Notes: generated from the sequence alone by a model not told the origin. A stretch of DNA of 64,000 bases from an uncultured Acidobacteriota bacterium (GCA_963836075.1 CAWIIB010000009.1:2496001-2560000), one strand, 5' to 3'; counted from the first letter of the stretch, positions 9,929 through 18,288 are shown. Numbers and translations are program-made.

Positions 9929-10020
9929 GGGGATCAGGGACGTACATGAATATATGAATTTTCTGTCCGCCGTAAGTTGTCCTGGAAAAATTCATAAATT
10001 CATGTACGTCCCTGATCCCC
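9929..10020. repeat. Long AT-rich inverted repeat (34-bp arms, 1 mismatch, 24-nt loop), REP/MITE-like
   Basis: GGGGATCAGGGACGTACATGAATATATGAATTTT (9929-9962) vs AAAATTCATAAATTCATGTACGTCCCTGATCCCC (9987-10020). Confidence 0.9.
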
Positions 10021-10036
10021 ATTTCCACCGCCATCA

Positions 10037-10065
10037 TTGACTTCTCACCGCCCGCCGTCTATATT
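10037..10065 (+). promoter_or_regulatory. sigma70-type promoter for the LKR/SDH operon
   Basis: TTGACT-17 nt-TATATT. Confidence 0.6.
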
Positions 10066-10168
10066 TCGCCCTTCGACGTTGGGGACGCACGGTACGGAAA
10101 CACCGGCGTTCCGGGCCGTCCCGGGCGGTCCTGATTGCCGGTCAGCAATACGAGCAAAGGGAGCACAG

Positions 10169-11482
10169 ATGGAGCAGTGCATCGGGATCCGTCGCGAGGA
10201 CAAGAACGAGTGGGAGCGGCGGGTGCCGCTGGTGCCCGCTGATCTGAAAAAGCTGGTGGAGGAGAACGGCATCCGTTTCCGGGTTCAGCCCTCGCCCATC
10301 AGGGCGTTTGCCGACGCGGAATTTGCCGCTGCGGGCGTCGAGGTCGAGGAGGATCTCTCCTCCTGCCCGGTGGTGATCGCGGTGAAGGAGATTCCCACCA
10401 GGCTGCTCCTGGAAAACAGGACCTACATCTACTTCTCCCACACCATCAAGGGCCAGGACTACAACATGGCCATGCTCCGCCGGCTGATGGAGTTGAAGTG
10501 CAACCTCATCGACTACGAGCGGATCATCGACGACCAGGGCCGCCGGCTGATCTTTTTCGGCCGTTTTGCCGGGGTGGCCGGGATGGTCGAGACTCTGGCC
10601 GCCTTTGGCCGGCGGCTGCGCTGGGAGGGGACGCCCAACGTTTTCGAGGCGGTGCAGCAGCCCTACCGCTACGGTTCGCTGGATGAAGCAAAAGAAGCGG
10701 TGAGCAGGGTGGGCGAGGTGATCGCCCGGGATGGCCTGCCCCCCCAGCTCTGCCCGCTGGTCTGCGGCTTCACCGGCTACGGCAATGTCTCGAAGGGCGC
10801 CCAGGAGATCTACGACCTGCTGCCGGTGCGCTCCATCACCCCGGCCCAGCTGCTGGCGGGGGAGTGGGAGGGGCGGGATGACCCCCGCACCCTGTGGAAG
10901 GTGGAGTTCCATGAGCAGGACATGGCCCGGCCCGCGGATGAGTCCGCCGGGTTCGTGCTCCAGGAATATTACGACCACCCCGAACGGTACGTCTCGGCCT
11001 TTGGCCAGTACCTGCCGCTGATGACCCTGATGGTCAACTGCATTTACTGGACCGAGGACTACCCGCGACTGGCCACCCGGCAGCAGCTGCTGGATCTCTA
11101 CGGTGGCGGCACAGCGCCGAAGCTGCGGGTGATCGGCGACATCTCCTGCGACATCGACGGCGCCACCGAGTGCACGGTGAAGGCCACCGAGCCGGGGAAT
11201 CCGGTCTACGTCTACGACCCGGCCAGCGGCAAGGCCATTGACGGCGTGGAGGGCAACGGCCCGGTGGTGATGCCGGTGGACAACCTGCCCTGCGAGCTGC
11301 CGCTCAACTCCTCCGAGGAGTTCAGCGAGGCGCTGCACCGTTTTGTTCCCGGGATCGCCGCCGCCGATTTCAGCGGCCCCCTGGAAGCCTGTGACCTTCC
11401 GGCGCCGGTGAAGCGGGCCCTGATCCTCTACCAGGGGGAACTGACCCCGGGCTACGAGCATATGAAGGACTTTCTTAAATAG
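10169..11482 (+). CDS. Lysine-ketoglutarate reductase-like protein (LKR domain of AASS; AlaDh/PNT fold)
   Basis: IGIRREDKNEWERRVPLVP, AVKEIP, FSHTIKGQ, LIDYERI, FTGYGNVSKGAQEI, IGDISCD, VDNLPCELP. Confidence 0.85.
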   Translation: MEQCIGIRREDKNEWERRVPLVPADLKKLVEENGIRFRVQPSPIRAFADAEFAAAGVEVEEDLSSCPVVIAVKEIPTRLLLENRTYIYFSHTIKGQDYNMAMLRRLMELKCNLIDYERIIDDQGRRLIFFGRFAGVAGMVETLAAFGRRLRWEGTPNVFEAVQQPYRYGSLDEAKEAVSRVGEVIARDGLPPQLCPLVCGFTGYGNVSKGAQEIYDLLPVRSITPAQLLAGEWEGRDDPRTLWKVEFHEQDMARPADESAGFVLQEYYDHPERYVSAFGQYLPLMTLMVNCIYWTEDYPRLATRQQLLDLYGGGTAPKLRVIGDISCDIDGATECTVKATEPGNPVYVYDPASGKAIDGVEGNGPVVMPVDNLPCELPLNSSEEFSEALHRFVPGIAAADFSGPLEACDLPAPVKRALILYQGELTPGYEHMKDFLK

Positions 11483-11525
11483 ACCGTCGACCTGTTTGAT
11501 GAACCACATTCCGGAGGACCTGCAA

Positions 11526-12845
11526 GTGAAGAAGATTCTCGTTCTCGGCGCCGGCCTGGTGGCCAAGCCGCTCGTCCGCTACTTGCTCGACATGGAGGAC
11601 ACCGAGGTGACCGTGGCCTCCCGCACGGTGAGCAAGGCGGTGGACCTGATCGACAACCACACCCGCGGCAAGGCGTTGCCCCTGCTGGTGGACAACACCG
11701 AAGAACTGGAAAAACTGGTGGCCGGGTCGGACCTGACGATCAGCCTCGTGCCCTACGCCTACCACGTGTCAGTGGCCAAACTCTGTCTCAAGCACGGCCT
11801 GCCGCTGGTCACCACCTCCTACGTCAGCGACGAGATGAACGCTCTCGACGGCGAAGCGAAGGAGAAGGGTCTGCTGCTGCTCAACGAGTGCGGTCTCGAC
11901 CCGGGCATCGACCACATGTCGGCGATGAAGATCATCCACGAGGTGGAAGCCAAGGGCGGCAAAGTAACGAGCTTCCGCTCCTGCTGCGGCGGCCTGCCCG
12001 CCCCCGAGGCCAACGACAACCCGCTGGGCTACAAGTTCTCCTGGAGCCCCCGCGGCGTGCTGCTGGCCGGCCGCAACGCGGCCAAGTGGCTCGAGGATGG
12101 CGAGGTCAAGGCGGTTCCCGGCCCCGAACTGTTCACCGCCAACTGGCCGGTGACCGTGGACGGCATGGACCTCGAGTTCTACCCCAACCGCGACTGCCTG
12201 GGCTACGTGGAGATCTACGGCCTCAAGGATTCGAAGACAGTCTTCCGCGGCACCTTCCGCAATCTCGGCTGGTGCCGCGCGCTGAAGCGGGTGGTGGACC
12301 TGGGCCTGCTGGACGAGACCGCCCGTGACGACCTGGCCGGCATCAGCTTCAAGACCATGACCGCCAGACTGCTCGGCGTGGACCCCGCCGGCGACGTCAA
12401 GGCCGCCTTCATCGAGAAACTGGGCCTGGCCGGCGAGCCGGACACGGTGGAGCGGCTGGAGTGGCTGGGCCTGCTCTCCGACGACACCGTGCCCGAGGCC
12501 TCCTCCGTGCTGGAAGTGCTGGAGAAGCGGATGCTCGACCTGATGTCCTACGCCGAGGGTGAGCGGGACATGATCGTGCTGCACCACGACTTCGTGGCCC
12601 AGTACCCCGACGGGAAGAAGGAGCACATCACCTCCACCCTGGTGGATTTCGGCATCCCGGGTGGCGACTCCTCCATGTCGCGCACGGTGAGCCTGCCGGC
12701 GGCCATGGCCACCAAGCTGATCCTCGAAGGCAAGATCACCGACACCGGCGTCAAGATCCCGGTGGACAAGGGGATCTACGAGCCGGTGCTCGAGGAACTG
12801 AAGACGGTGGACATCGAATTCACTGAAAAGTCGGAAGCGGTCTGA
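11526..12845 (+). CDS. Saccharopine dehydrogenase (glutamate-forming; Lys9/AASS SDH-like)
   Basis: GAGLVA Rossmann motif, VTTSYVS, NECGLDPGIDHMSAM, CGGLPAPEANDNPLGYKFSWSPRG, PNRD, SSMSRTVSLP; GGAGGA SD before GTG 11526. Confidence 0.9.
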   Translation: MKKILVLGAGLVAKPLVRYLLDMEDTEVTVASRTVSKAVDLIDNHTRGKALPLLVDNTEELEKLVAGSDLTISLVPYAYHVSVAKLCLKHGLPLVTTSYVSDEMNALDGEAKEKGLLLLNECGLDPGIDHMSAMKIIHEVEAKGGKVTSFRSCCGGLPAPEANDNPLGYKFSWSPRGVLLAGRNAAKWLEDGEVKAVPGPELFTANWPVTVDGMDLEFYPNRDCLGYVEIYGLKDSKTVFRGTFRNLGWCRALKRVVDLGLLDETARDDLAGISFKTMTARLLGVDPAGDVKAAFIEKLGLAGEPDTVERLEWLGLLSDDTVPEASSVLEVLEKRMLDLMSYAEGERDMIVLHHDFVAQYPDGKKEHITSTLVDFGIPGGDSSMSRTVSLPAAMATKLILEGKITDTGVKIPVDKGIYEPVLEELKTVDIEFTEKSEAV

Positions 12846-12876
12846 CCCTTCGACTGAACAATGATGCAATGCAAAA

Positions 12877-12912
12877 CGCCGGGTGGGGATTATTCTCTGC
12901 CCGGCGCTTTTT
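12877..12912 (+). terminator. Intrinsic terminator after SDH
   Basis: CGCCGGG...CCCGGCG stem followed by CTTTTT. Confidence 0.75.
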
Positions 12913-12951
12913 GTCTGCGGGCACGTAAGGCTTGCCGATAAGGACGGATCG

Positions 12952-12980
12952 TTGACAGCCCGAGGTTCGGCGGATATCAT
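12952..12980 (+). promoter_or_regulatory. sigma70-type promoter for the YeiH-type transporter
   Basis: TTGACA-17 nt-TATCAT. Confidence 0.7.
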
Positions 12981-13037
12981 TACGGCCTATCTTGTTCATA
13001 ACATAAGATATTACCTATAGACAAAGGGGAGAGTCCC

Positions 13038-14777
13038 ATGGCTGACGAGATGGCGGAAGGCGGCCAGGCCACACAGACGTCCAGGTGGAAGGAACTCTGG
13101 ACCACCGAAGACTACTGGGCCATCTGGCTCGGTGTCCTCGTGGTGCTGGCGGGGCTGCTCATCTTTCTGCCGCGGCCGCCGGATGGCATGCAGTCCACAA
13201 TCGATGAGTCGAACGTGGTGCTGGCCCGGGAGGATGCGGCGGCGCCGTTCCGCACCATCGCCTGGTTCGAAGCCAGCGATGCCAAGGCTGGAGTAAAAGG
13301 GACCAGCCAGGGCTTTGCCAAAGCCATCGCCAACTTCCTGGCCAAGCCCCACGGCTGGAAGAGCAACCCGCTGGAGTCGTTGGTGATGAGCGAAGCCCGG
13401 GCCGCGGAGAAGAAGGCTGCTGCTTGGACAAACTACGACTCAGCGAAAGAGAAGACCCTTGCTGCGCTGGCCGGTGCTCGCACGGCGGAGAACCGGGCCC
13501 GGGCCGCCGGTTTCGGGGACGATGCCCTGAACGAGGAGGCCAGAACGGCCATCAATGGCTGGCGCAACGAGAGATACTTCGAATCCACCGCAAAAAAGAA
13601 GACCAGTGCCTCGTCCTACAACCTGTTGCCCGGCCTCATCGGCCTCTGTGTCATTTTTGCTCTCTTCTTCGGTCTCCCGCTGCGCTTCCTGGGCATCCCG
13701 CCGCTGAAGTTCATGGCCGGGTTCCTCTTTGTCTTCGCCTTTGCCGTGCTGGCTTACATCCTGGCCGGTCAATCGACGATGAAGGAATACGGCGTCGGCT
13801 ACGCCGCCTGGGCCATCCTTTTCGGCATGATCATCTCCAACACCGTGGGCACACCGAAGTGGGTGTTGCCGGCGGTGCAGACCGAATACTTCATCAAGGC
13901 CGGGCTGGTGATCCTCGGCGCCGAGATCCTCTTCGGCAAGATCCTGATCATCGGCCTCCCCGGCATTTTCGTCGCCTGGCTGGTCACCCCGGTGGTGCTG
14001 GTCACCGGGTTCATCGTCGGCGACAAGATCATTAAAATCCCCTCCAAGACGCTGAATGTCACCATCGCCGCCGCGGCCTCGGTCTGCGGCGTCTCCGCGG
14101 CCATCGCCACCGCCGCGGCCTGCAAGGCCAAGAAAGAGGAACTGACGCTGGCCGTGGGGCTCTCGCTGATCTTCACCGTGCTGATGATGATCTTCATGCC
14201 CCTGTTCATCAGCGCGGTGGGCATGGACGAGATTCTCGGGGGCGCCTGGATGGGCGGGACCATCGACGCCACCGGGGCGGTGGCCGCGGCCGGGGCCTTC
14301 CTCGGCGACAAGGCGCTCTATGTCGCGGCTACGATCAAGATGATCCAGAACGTGATGATCGGCGCCATCGCTTTCTTCGTCGCCCTCTACTGGGTGGCCC
14401 GGGTGGAGCGGAAGGGCGAGAGCCGGGTGGGGCTGATGGAGATCTGGGTCCGCTTCCCCAAGTTCGTCCTCGGCTTCATCGGCGTGTCCGTGGTCTGCTC
14501 CGTGGTGCAGGCCGTCCTCGGTGACGATGTGGGCTACACCCTGCTCGACCAGGGTGTGATCCGGGGTTTTACCAGGATCATCCGCGGCTGGTTCTTCTGC
14601 CTCGCCTTTGTCAGCATCGGCCTGGCCACCAACTTCCGCGAGCTGGCCAGCCACTTCAAGGGCGGAAAGCCGTTCATCCACTACGTCTTTACCCAGGGCT
14701 TCAACGTGGTTTTCACCCTCTTCATCGCCTGGATCATGTTCAATGTGATTTTTCCGGAGATCGCGGCGAGGATCTGA
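13038..14777 (+). CDS. YeiH/UPF0324 (putative sulfate exporter) family transporter with a large extracytoplasmic insertion
   Basis: EDYWAIWLG, EYFIKAGLVILGAEI, SVCGVSAAIATAAA, GAWMGGTIDATGAV, IKMIQN, RFPKFVLGF, FVSIGL. Confidence 0.85.
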   Translation: MADEMAEGGQATQTSRWKELWTTEDYWAIWLGVLVVLAGLLIFLPRPPDGMQSTIDESNVVLAREDAAAPFRTIAWFEASDAKAGVKGTSQGFAKAIANFLAKPHGWKSNPLESLVMSEARAAEKKAAAWTNYDSAKEKTLAALAGARTAENRARAAGFGDDALNEEARTAINGWRNERYFESTAKKKTSASSYNLLPGLIGLCVIFALFFGLPLRFLGIPPLKFMAGFLFVFAFAVLAYILAGQSTMKEYGVGYAAWAILFGMIISNTVGTPKWVLPAVQTEYFIKAGLVILGAEILFGKILIIGLPGIFVAWLVTPVVLVTGFIVGDKIIKIPSKTLNVTIAAAASVCGVSAAIATAAACKAKKEELTLAVGLSLIFTVLMMIFMPLFISAVGMDEILGGAWMGGTIDATGAVAAAGAFLGDKALYVAATIKMIQNVMIGAIAFFVALYWVARVERKGESRVGLMEIWVRFPKFVLGFIGVSVVCSVVQAVLGDDVGYTLLDQGVIRGFTRIIRGWFFCLAFVSIGLATNFRELASHFKGGKPFIHYVFTQGFNVVFTLFIAWIMFNVIFPEIAARI

Positions 14778-15046
14778 TGAGTCACCGGCAGGACACAAAC
14801 AGCGCAGATCCCCGGCTGCTCCGCCGCTGGGGATTGCTGCTGGCCTGGATCTTCGGCATCTGGTGCTTCGTCTTTCTGCTGGCCCCGCTGGCCCGCCACT
14901 TCCAGCCGGTGCGCATGCTCACCGACTTCATCCGCACCAACGACATCGACGCCACGGCGTACTACTACACCGAGATAGAGGAGTTCGCCGTAGCCGAGCA
15001 CGCCGTTCGCGACACCATGGAACACGCCCACACCCGGCAGCCCTGA
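14777..15046 (+). CDS. Small single-TM hypothetical protein, translationally coupled to the transporter
   Basis: TGATG stop/start overlap; TM segment followed by DIDATAYYYTEIEEF. Confidence 0.65.
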   Translation: MSHRQDTNSADPRLLRRWGLLLAWIFGIWCFVFLLAPLARHFQPVRMLTDFIRTNDIDATAYYYTEIEEFAVAEHAVRDTMEHAHTRQP

Positions 15047-15065
15047 TGAACTGGTGAGCTCTGCT

Positions 15066-16244
15066 TCAGCGGTCCAGCCGCCGGGCCACTTCAGGAGCGA
15101 GAATTTCGGCCAGTGCCCCGTGTCCGCCCGTATCGGGGTGCAGGGAGTCGAAGGAAAGTTCGCTCAGCTGGCCATCCAGCCCGGGCTGGAGGTCGATCAC
15201 TGCCAGGCCGGAGTTTCGCGCTTCGGCGGCCACGAAGCGGTGCACGTCGGCAAAGGGGTAGGGCTGCTCGTCGACAAAGATCGGCAGAATGGCCAGCAGT
15301 ACCGGGATGTCATTGGCCCGGGAGACGGCGCCCAGCCTGATGAGGGCGGCCCGCACCGCGGCCCAGCTCTGCCGGTTGCGGTGGGCAGCGGTGACCCAGC
15401 CCCAGGTCTCGCCGGCGGCCAGACCCTCCTGCGGTTCCGCCGGCGGGGGAGCGCTGCGCAGCCCGGCGCCCTGGCCCGCCTCGGACAGCACGTCTTCCAC
15501 CTGCTCCCGGCGGGCTCCCCGCACCACCTGTTCCAGGTGGCTGCGGGACTCCTTCAGCGCCAGCAGCTTCTCGATGCGGTAGGACAGCCAGCCGAGGAAC
15601 TTCGAGCGGCCCAGCCAGTAGCCGGTGCGGTAGCCGCCAAAACGGAAGAGGCGGCCCCGGGCTTCCTGTCTGAAGAAATAGCCCAGCTCGCCGGAGAAGT
15701 CCACCGGGTCGTTGAGGTTGTAGCAGACCACCACCAGGTCGGGATCGAAGCCCAGCCCCCTGGTCTCCAGCAGGGCCGCCTCCTGCAGCGGGCTGTAGCC
15801 GCTGACCCCCAGGTTGAGGCACTCCACGTCCGGGCCCAGCCGCTGTTCCACCTGCTTGACCAGGGTTTGCTCCAGGTCCACTTCCAGGCCAAAGGTCACC
15901 GAGTCGCCCAGAAAGATCACCCGGCTGGTACCCGGGGCTTTTTCCGCGGTGAGATCATCCCGGTCACGCAAACCCAGGGCGTTGATGCTGTAGGTCACGG
16001 TCTGTTCCCCATCCCAGACCCGGGGGCGGCTGGAACAGGCGCCGGGCCGCGGTTCGTAGACCAGCACCGGGTCGGGGGATCGGCGGTGGATGGACCAGAC
16101 GGCATCGTCCTGCCCCTGAAACGGGATGCGGGGGTCGATGAGACGGGTCACCAACTCGGCAGCGAGGAAGATGATAAGCAGGGAGGCGAGCAGCAGGAGC
16201 AGGTTCCTGGCTGCCATTGACGCTCTGAAGGCCTTGCTGGCCAT
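15066..16244 (-). CDS. Membrane-anchored SGNH/GDSL hydrolase
   Basis: INALGLRD, FLGDSVTFG (block I), NLGVSGY (block II), YNLND (block III), DSLHP (block V). Confidence 0.85.
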   Translation of the reverse strand: MASKAFRASMAARNLLLLLASLLIIFLAAELVTRLIDPRIPFQGQDDAVWSIHRRSPDPVLVYEPRPGACSSRPRVWDGEQTVTYSINALGLRDRDDLTAEKAPGTSRVIFLGDSVTFGLEVDLEQTLVKQVEQRLGPDVECLNLGVSGYSPLQEAALLETRGLGFDPDLVVVCYNLNDPVDFSGELGYFFRQEARGRLFRFGGYRTGYWLGRSKFLGWLSYRIEKLLALKESRSHLEQVVRGARREQVEDVLSEAGQGAGLRSAPPPAEPQEGLAAGETWGWVTAAHRNRQSWAAVRAALIRLGAVSRANDIPVLLAILPIFVDEQPYPFADVHRFVAAEARNSGLAVIDLQPGLDGQLSELSFDSLHPDTGGHGALAEILAPEVARRLDR

Positions 16245-16273
16245 GATCGCCTCGATAGCCCGTCAGGCGGGGG

Positions 16274-16361
16274 TGGTGCCGGAGGCCGGGATCGAACCGG
16301 CACAAGGCTTAGCCTCGAGGGATTTTAAGTCCCTTGCGTCTACCAATTCCGCCACTCCGGC
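16274..16361 (-). tRNA. tRNA-Leu (anticodon TAA)
   Basis: GCCGGAGTGGCGGAATTGGTAGACGCAAGGGACTTAAAATCCCT...GGTTCGATCCCGGCCTCCGGCACCA; long variable arm, encoded CCA. Confidence 0.97.
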
Positions 16362-16488
16362 ATGTCACGTGCCACCCCTCGGGATGAGGAGGCTGCCATG
16401 GCTCTCCACAGATGTTTCCCATGTGCCGGGGGTGGTTCGGGGAGAGCCTTTTCGCCACTCCCGCATTGGTCGTCGTCAGAGAGGAGAA

Positions 16489-16564
16489 TGGAGGCGGCGA
16501 TCGGAGTCGAACCGATGAATGGAGGTTTTGCAGACCTCTGCCTTAGCCACTTGGCTACGCCGCC
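16489..16564 (-). tRNA. tRNA-Cys (anticodon GCA)
   Basis: GGCGGCGTAGCCAAGTGGCTAAGGCAGAGGTCTGCAAAACCTCC...GGTTCGACTCCGATCGCCGCCTCCA. Confidence 0.97.
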
Positions 16565-16603
16565 CTGGATTTTTTCGGCCGGCGGGGCCGGCCGCGAAGT
16601 GAG

Positions 16604-16633
16604 ACTATATGAGAAATTCGGCGATCGTGTCAA
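16604..16633 (-). promoter_or_regulatory. sigma70-type promoter for tRNA-Cys/tRNA-Leu
   Basis: TTGACA-18 nt-TATAGT on the minus strand. Confidence 0.65.
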
Positions 16634-16659
16634 CCGGATCGGCCCCCGTACAAAAGGAG

Positions 16660-16728
16660 GCGGGGAGGCGGTGTCACCGGCCATATTGGCCGGGTGGGTC
16701 TTGGAGGTGGGGCCACCGGCCTCCCCGC
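16660..16728 (-). ncRNA. Acido-Lenti-1-like small structured RNA
   Basis: Minus strand GCGGGGAGGC-CGGTGGCCCCACCTCCAAGACCCACCCGGCCAATATGGCCGGTGACACC-GCCTCCCCGC then CTCCTTTT. Perfect 10-bp closing stem plus internal GGCCA-ATA-TGGCC hairpin; matches my recollection of the Acido-Lenti-1 consensus. Confidence 0.7.
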
Positions 16729-16744
16729 GGGTTTCTCAATAGTA

Positions 16745-16790
16745 AATATAGGTCGGGGAGCACTAATCGGCAAGCAAAATCTGTAATTTA
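16745..16790 (-). promoter_or_regulatory. Overlapping sigma70-like and sigma28-like promoters upstream of the small RNA
   Basis: TTGCCG-17-TATATT (16773-16745) and TAAA-15-GCCGATTA (16790-16764). Confidence 0.5.
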
Positions 16791-16960
16791 TCGGTGGTAT
16801 CGGGAGAAAATCGTCGTCCGTACAGACGAGGGTAACGGTTCGTCTTTAATACATCCAGGTGTAAAAGTGGAGGTTGCTCGGATCCGTCACCCTCGAGTTC
16901 ATCATTCAATATAGGGCCAAATATTGCGGAAGGCAAGTTGTTTCACGGCTGTACATTGGA

Positions 16961-16995
16961 GAAGCCCCCCGAAACATGTCGTCTCGGGGGGCTTC
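16961..16995 (-). terminator. GC-rich hairpin immediately 3' of tRNA-Gly (terminator or processing stem)
   Basis: GAAGCCCCCCGA...TCGGGGGGCTTC; no clear U-tract on the minus strand. Confidence 0.55.
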
Positions 16996-16998
16996 ATT

Positions 16999-17073
16999 TG
17001 GAGCGGGAAACGGGATTTGAACCCGCGACTTCGACCTTGGCAAGGTCGCACTCTACCACTGAGTTATTCCCGC
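16999..17073 (-). tRNA. tRNA-Gly (anticodon GCC)
   Basis: GCGGGAATAACTCAGTGGTAGAGTGCGACCTTGCCAAGGTCGAAGTCGCGGGTTCAAATCCCGTTTCCCGCTCCA. Confidence 0.97.
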
Positions 17074-17095
17074 TCTGGCGGAGCAACGAAGCAAA

Positions 17096-17124
17096 AGGAT
17101 AGAGAAACAGCCTTCTTTTGTCAA
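17096..17124 (-). promoter_or_regulatory. sigma70-type promoter for tRNA-Gly
   Basis: TTGACA-17 nt-TATCCT; the -35 overlaps the upstream gene's stop codon. Confidence 0.65.
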
Positions 17125-18101
17125 GAGTTTGATCGGTATTCCGGACGGGCGGGGCGCAGCGTGATCAGCGCCACTTCCGGCGGGCAGTTGAAACGGACGA
17201 AGATTCCCGAGCTGCCCACGCCGGGGGAGGTGTACCCGGTCATTCCGTTGTGCTGCCAGAGGCCGGCATTGAACCGCCGCGGGGCCGAGCTGTGCATGCT
17301 CAGCGCCCCCACCAGGGGGAGCCTGATCTGGCCGGCGTGGGTGTGGCCGCAGAGGAAGAGGTCGGCGCCGCGCCGCGCCGCGCGCTCCCGCGCTTCGGGT
17401 GTGTGGCAGAGTACGGTGCAGAACTCGTCCCGCGGCACCGGGGCCATGGCCCGGCCGAAATCGGCGGCGCGGAAGAAATGCGGGTCGTCCACGCCGGTCA
17501 GCCAGAGACGTTCATCGTCCCGGGTGAAGGCCACCGATTCGTTGATCAGCATCCGCAGGCCACTGTTCTCCAGCCTTTCCATCATCGACCAGGAGTCGTG
17601 GTTGCCCAGCACCCCGAAACAGCCATGGCGGGTCCTGATCGAGGCCAGCACCTCCGCCGTCTGGTCCAGCGCCTTTTCCGGCGGCGAGTACATGCCGAAG
17701 CGGAAATCGCCGCCCAGCAGGCAGAGGTCGGCCTGCACACCGTCCACGGCCCGGACGATGGCCCTGGTGAGGTCGGGGTTGCCGTCAAAGTGCATGTCGG
17801 AGAGAAAGAGGATGTTGAAGCCGTCAAAGGATGGGGGCAGGCTGTTGAAATGGAGTTCGAAGCTGTTCAGCACCACGTTTTCGGCATTGCGCCGGCCCTG
17901 CTGATCCAGGCCCAGAACCCGGAGCATGGCCGGGATCACCGAGGTGGTGGCCTCGTACTGCTCCATGTGGGTCAGGCGGTCGATCAGTGGCGGTTTCGTG
18001 CCCCCCAGCCACGGTTCCCGGCAATAGCGGCCGGGGTGGATATCGACCCGGCGGTAGATCCCGTTGTCGCCAGGGGTCCCCTGTTTGCGGTCTGCTGCCA
18101 T
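17121..18101 (-). CDS. Calcineurin-like metallophosphoesterase (YkuE/YaeI-like)
   Basis: LSDMH, LGGDF, VLGNHD, LCHTP, LCGHTHAGQI, RFNCPPE. Confidence 0.9.
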   Translation of the reverse strand: MAADRKQGTPGDNGIYRRVDIHPGRYCREPWLGGTKPPLIDRLTHMEQYEATTSVIPAMLRVLGLDQQGRRNAENVVLNSFELHFNSLPPSFDGFNILFLSDMHFDGNPDLTRAIVRAVDGVQADLCLLGGDFRFGMYSPPEKALDQTAEVLASIRTRHGCFGVLGNHDSWSMMERLENSGLRMLINESVAFTRDDERLWLTGVDDPHFFRAADFGRAMAPVPRDEFCTVLCHTPEARERAARRGADLFLCGHTHAGQIRLPLVGALSMHSSAPRRFNAGLWQHNGMTGYTSPGVGSSGIFVRFNCPPEVALITLRPARPEYRSNS

Positions 18102-18156
18102 GAAAACCTTCCTTGCCGTGACGGGGAGTCCAGCGCTCCCGGAAAAATCAGGCTAG

Positions 18157-18228
18157 GGTATACGCCCGCCGCTGCCGCCCTGTCAAGGCGGCCACTGCCT
18201 TGACATCGGCGGCGAAGCGTCCTAACGT
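18157..18228. promoter_or_regulatory. Back-to-back divergent sigma70-type promoters (phosphoesterase and glgB)
   Basis: Minus: TTGACA(18186)-18-TATACC. Plus: TTGACA(18200)-17-TAACGT. Confidence 0.55.
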
Positions 18229-18288
18229 GATTCCCGTTCTCCGGCGACCCCGGCAGGGGGCCGTTGTTCATTGGCAGGGGGAGGGATC

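Noticed and set aside
10066-10168. Possible lysine riboswitch ahead of the LKR gene
   Set aside because: The leader is only about 100 nt and lacks the AGAGGUGC, GCCGAA and CUGUC elements.
12934-12941. GCCGATAA octamer before the YeiH-type gene as another sigma28 site
   Set aside because: No TAAA/TCAA at the -35 position, and a near-consensus sigma70 promoter follows immediately.
2688-14777. FGE-domain protein + sulfatase + sulfate exporter as a sulfate-ester utilisation system
   Set aside because: The genes are not contiguous, the sulfatase lacks a modifiable Cys/Ser, the FGE domain lacks the catalytic Cys pair region, and the YeiH substrate label is only putative.
16362-16488. tRNA-Leu-like 5' fragment (GCGGGAGTGGCGAAAAGG, minus strand) and GGCTCTCC/GGAGAGCC stem in the Cys-Leu spacer
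   Set aside because: No T-loop (GTTCRA), anticodon arm or acceptor pairing; cannot be supported as a tRNA, pseudo-tRNA or att site.
16740-16960. AT-rich patch next to tRNA-Gly as a possible integrated-element scar
   Set aside because: No integrase fragment and no duplicated tRNA 3' end seen; promoter content explains much of it.
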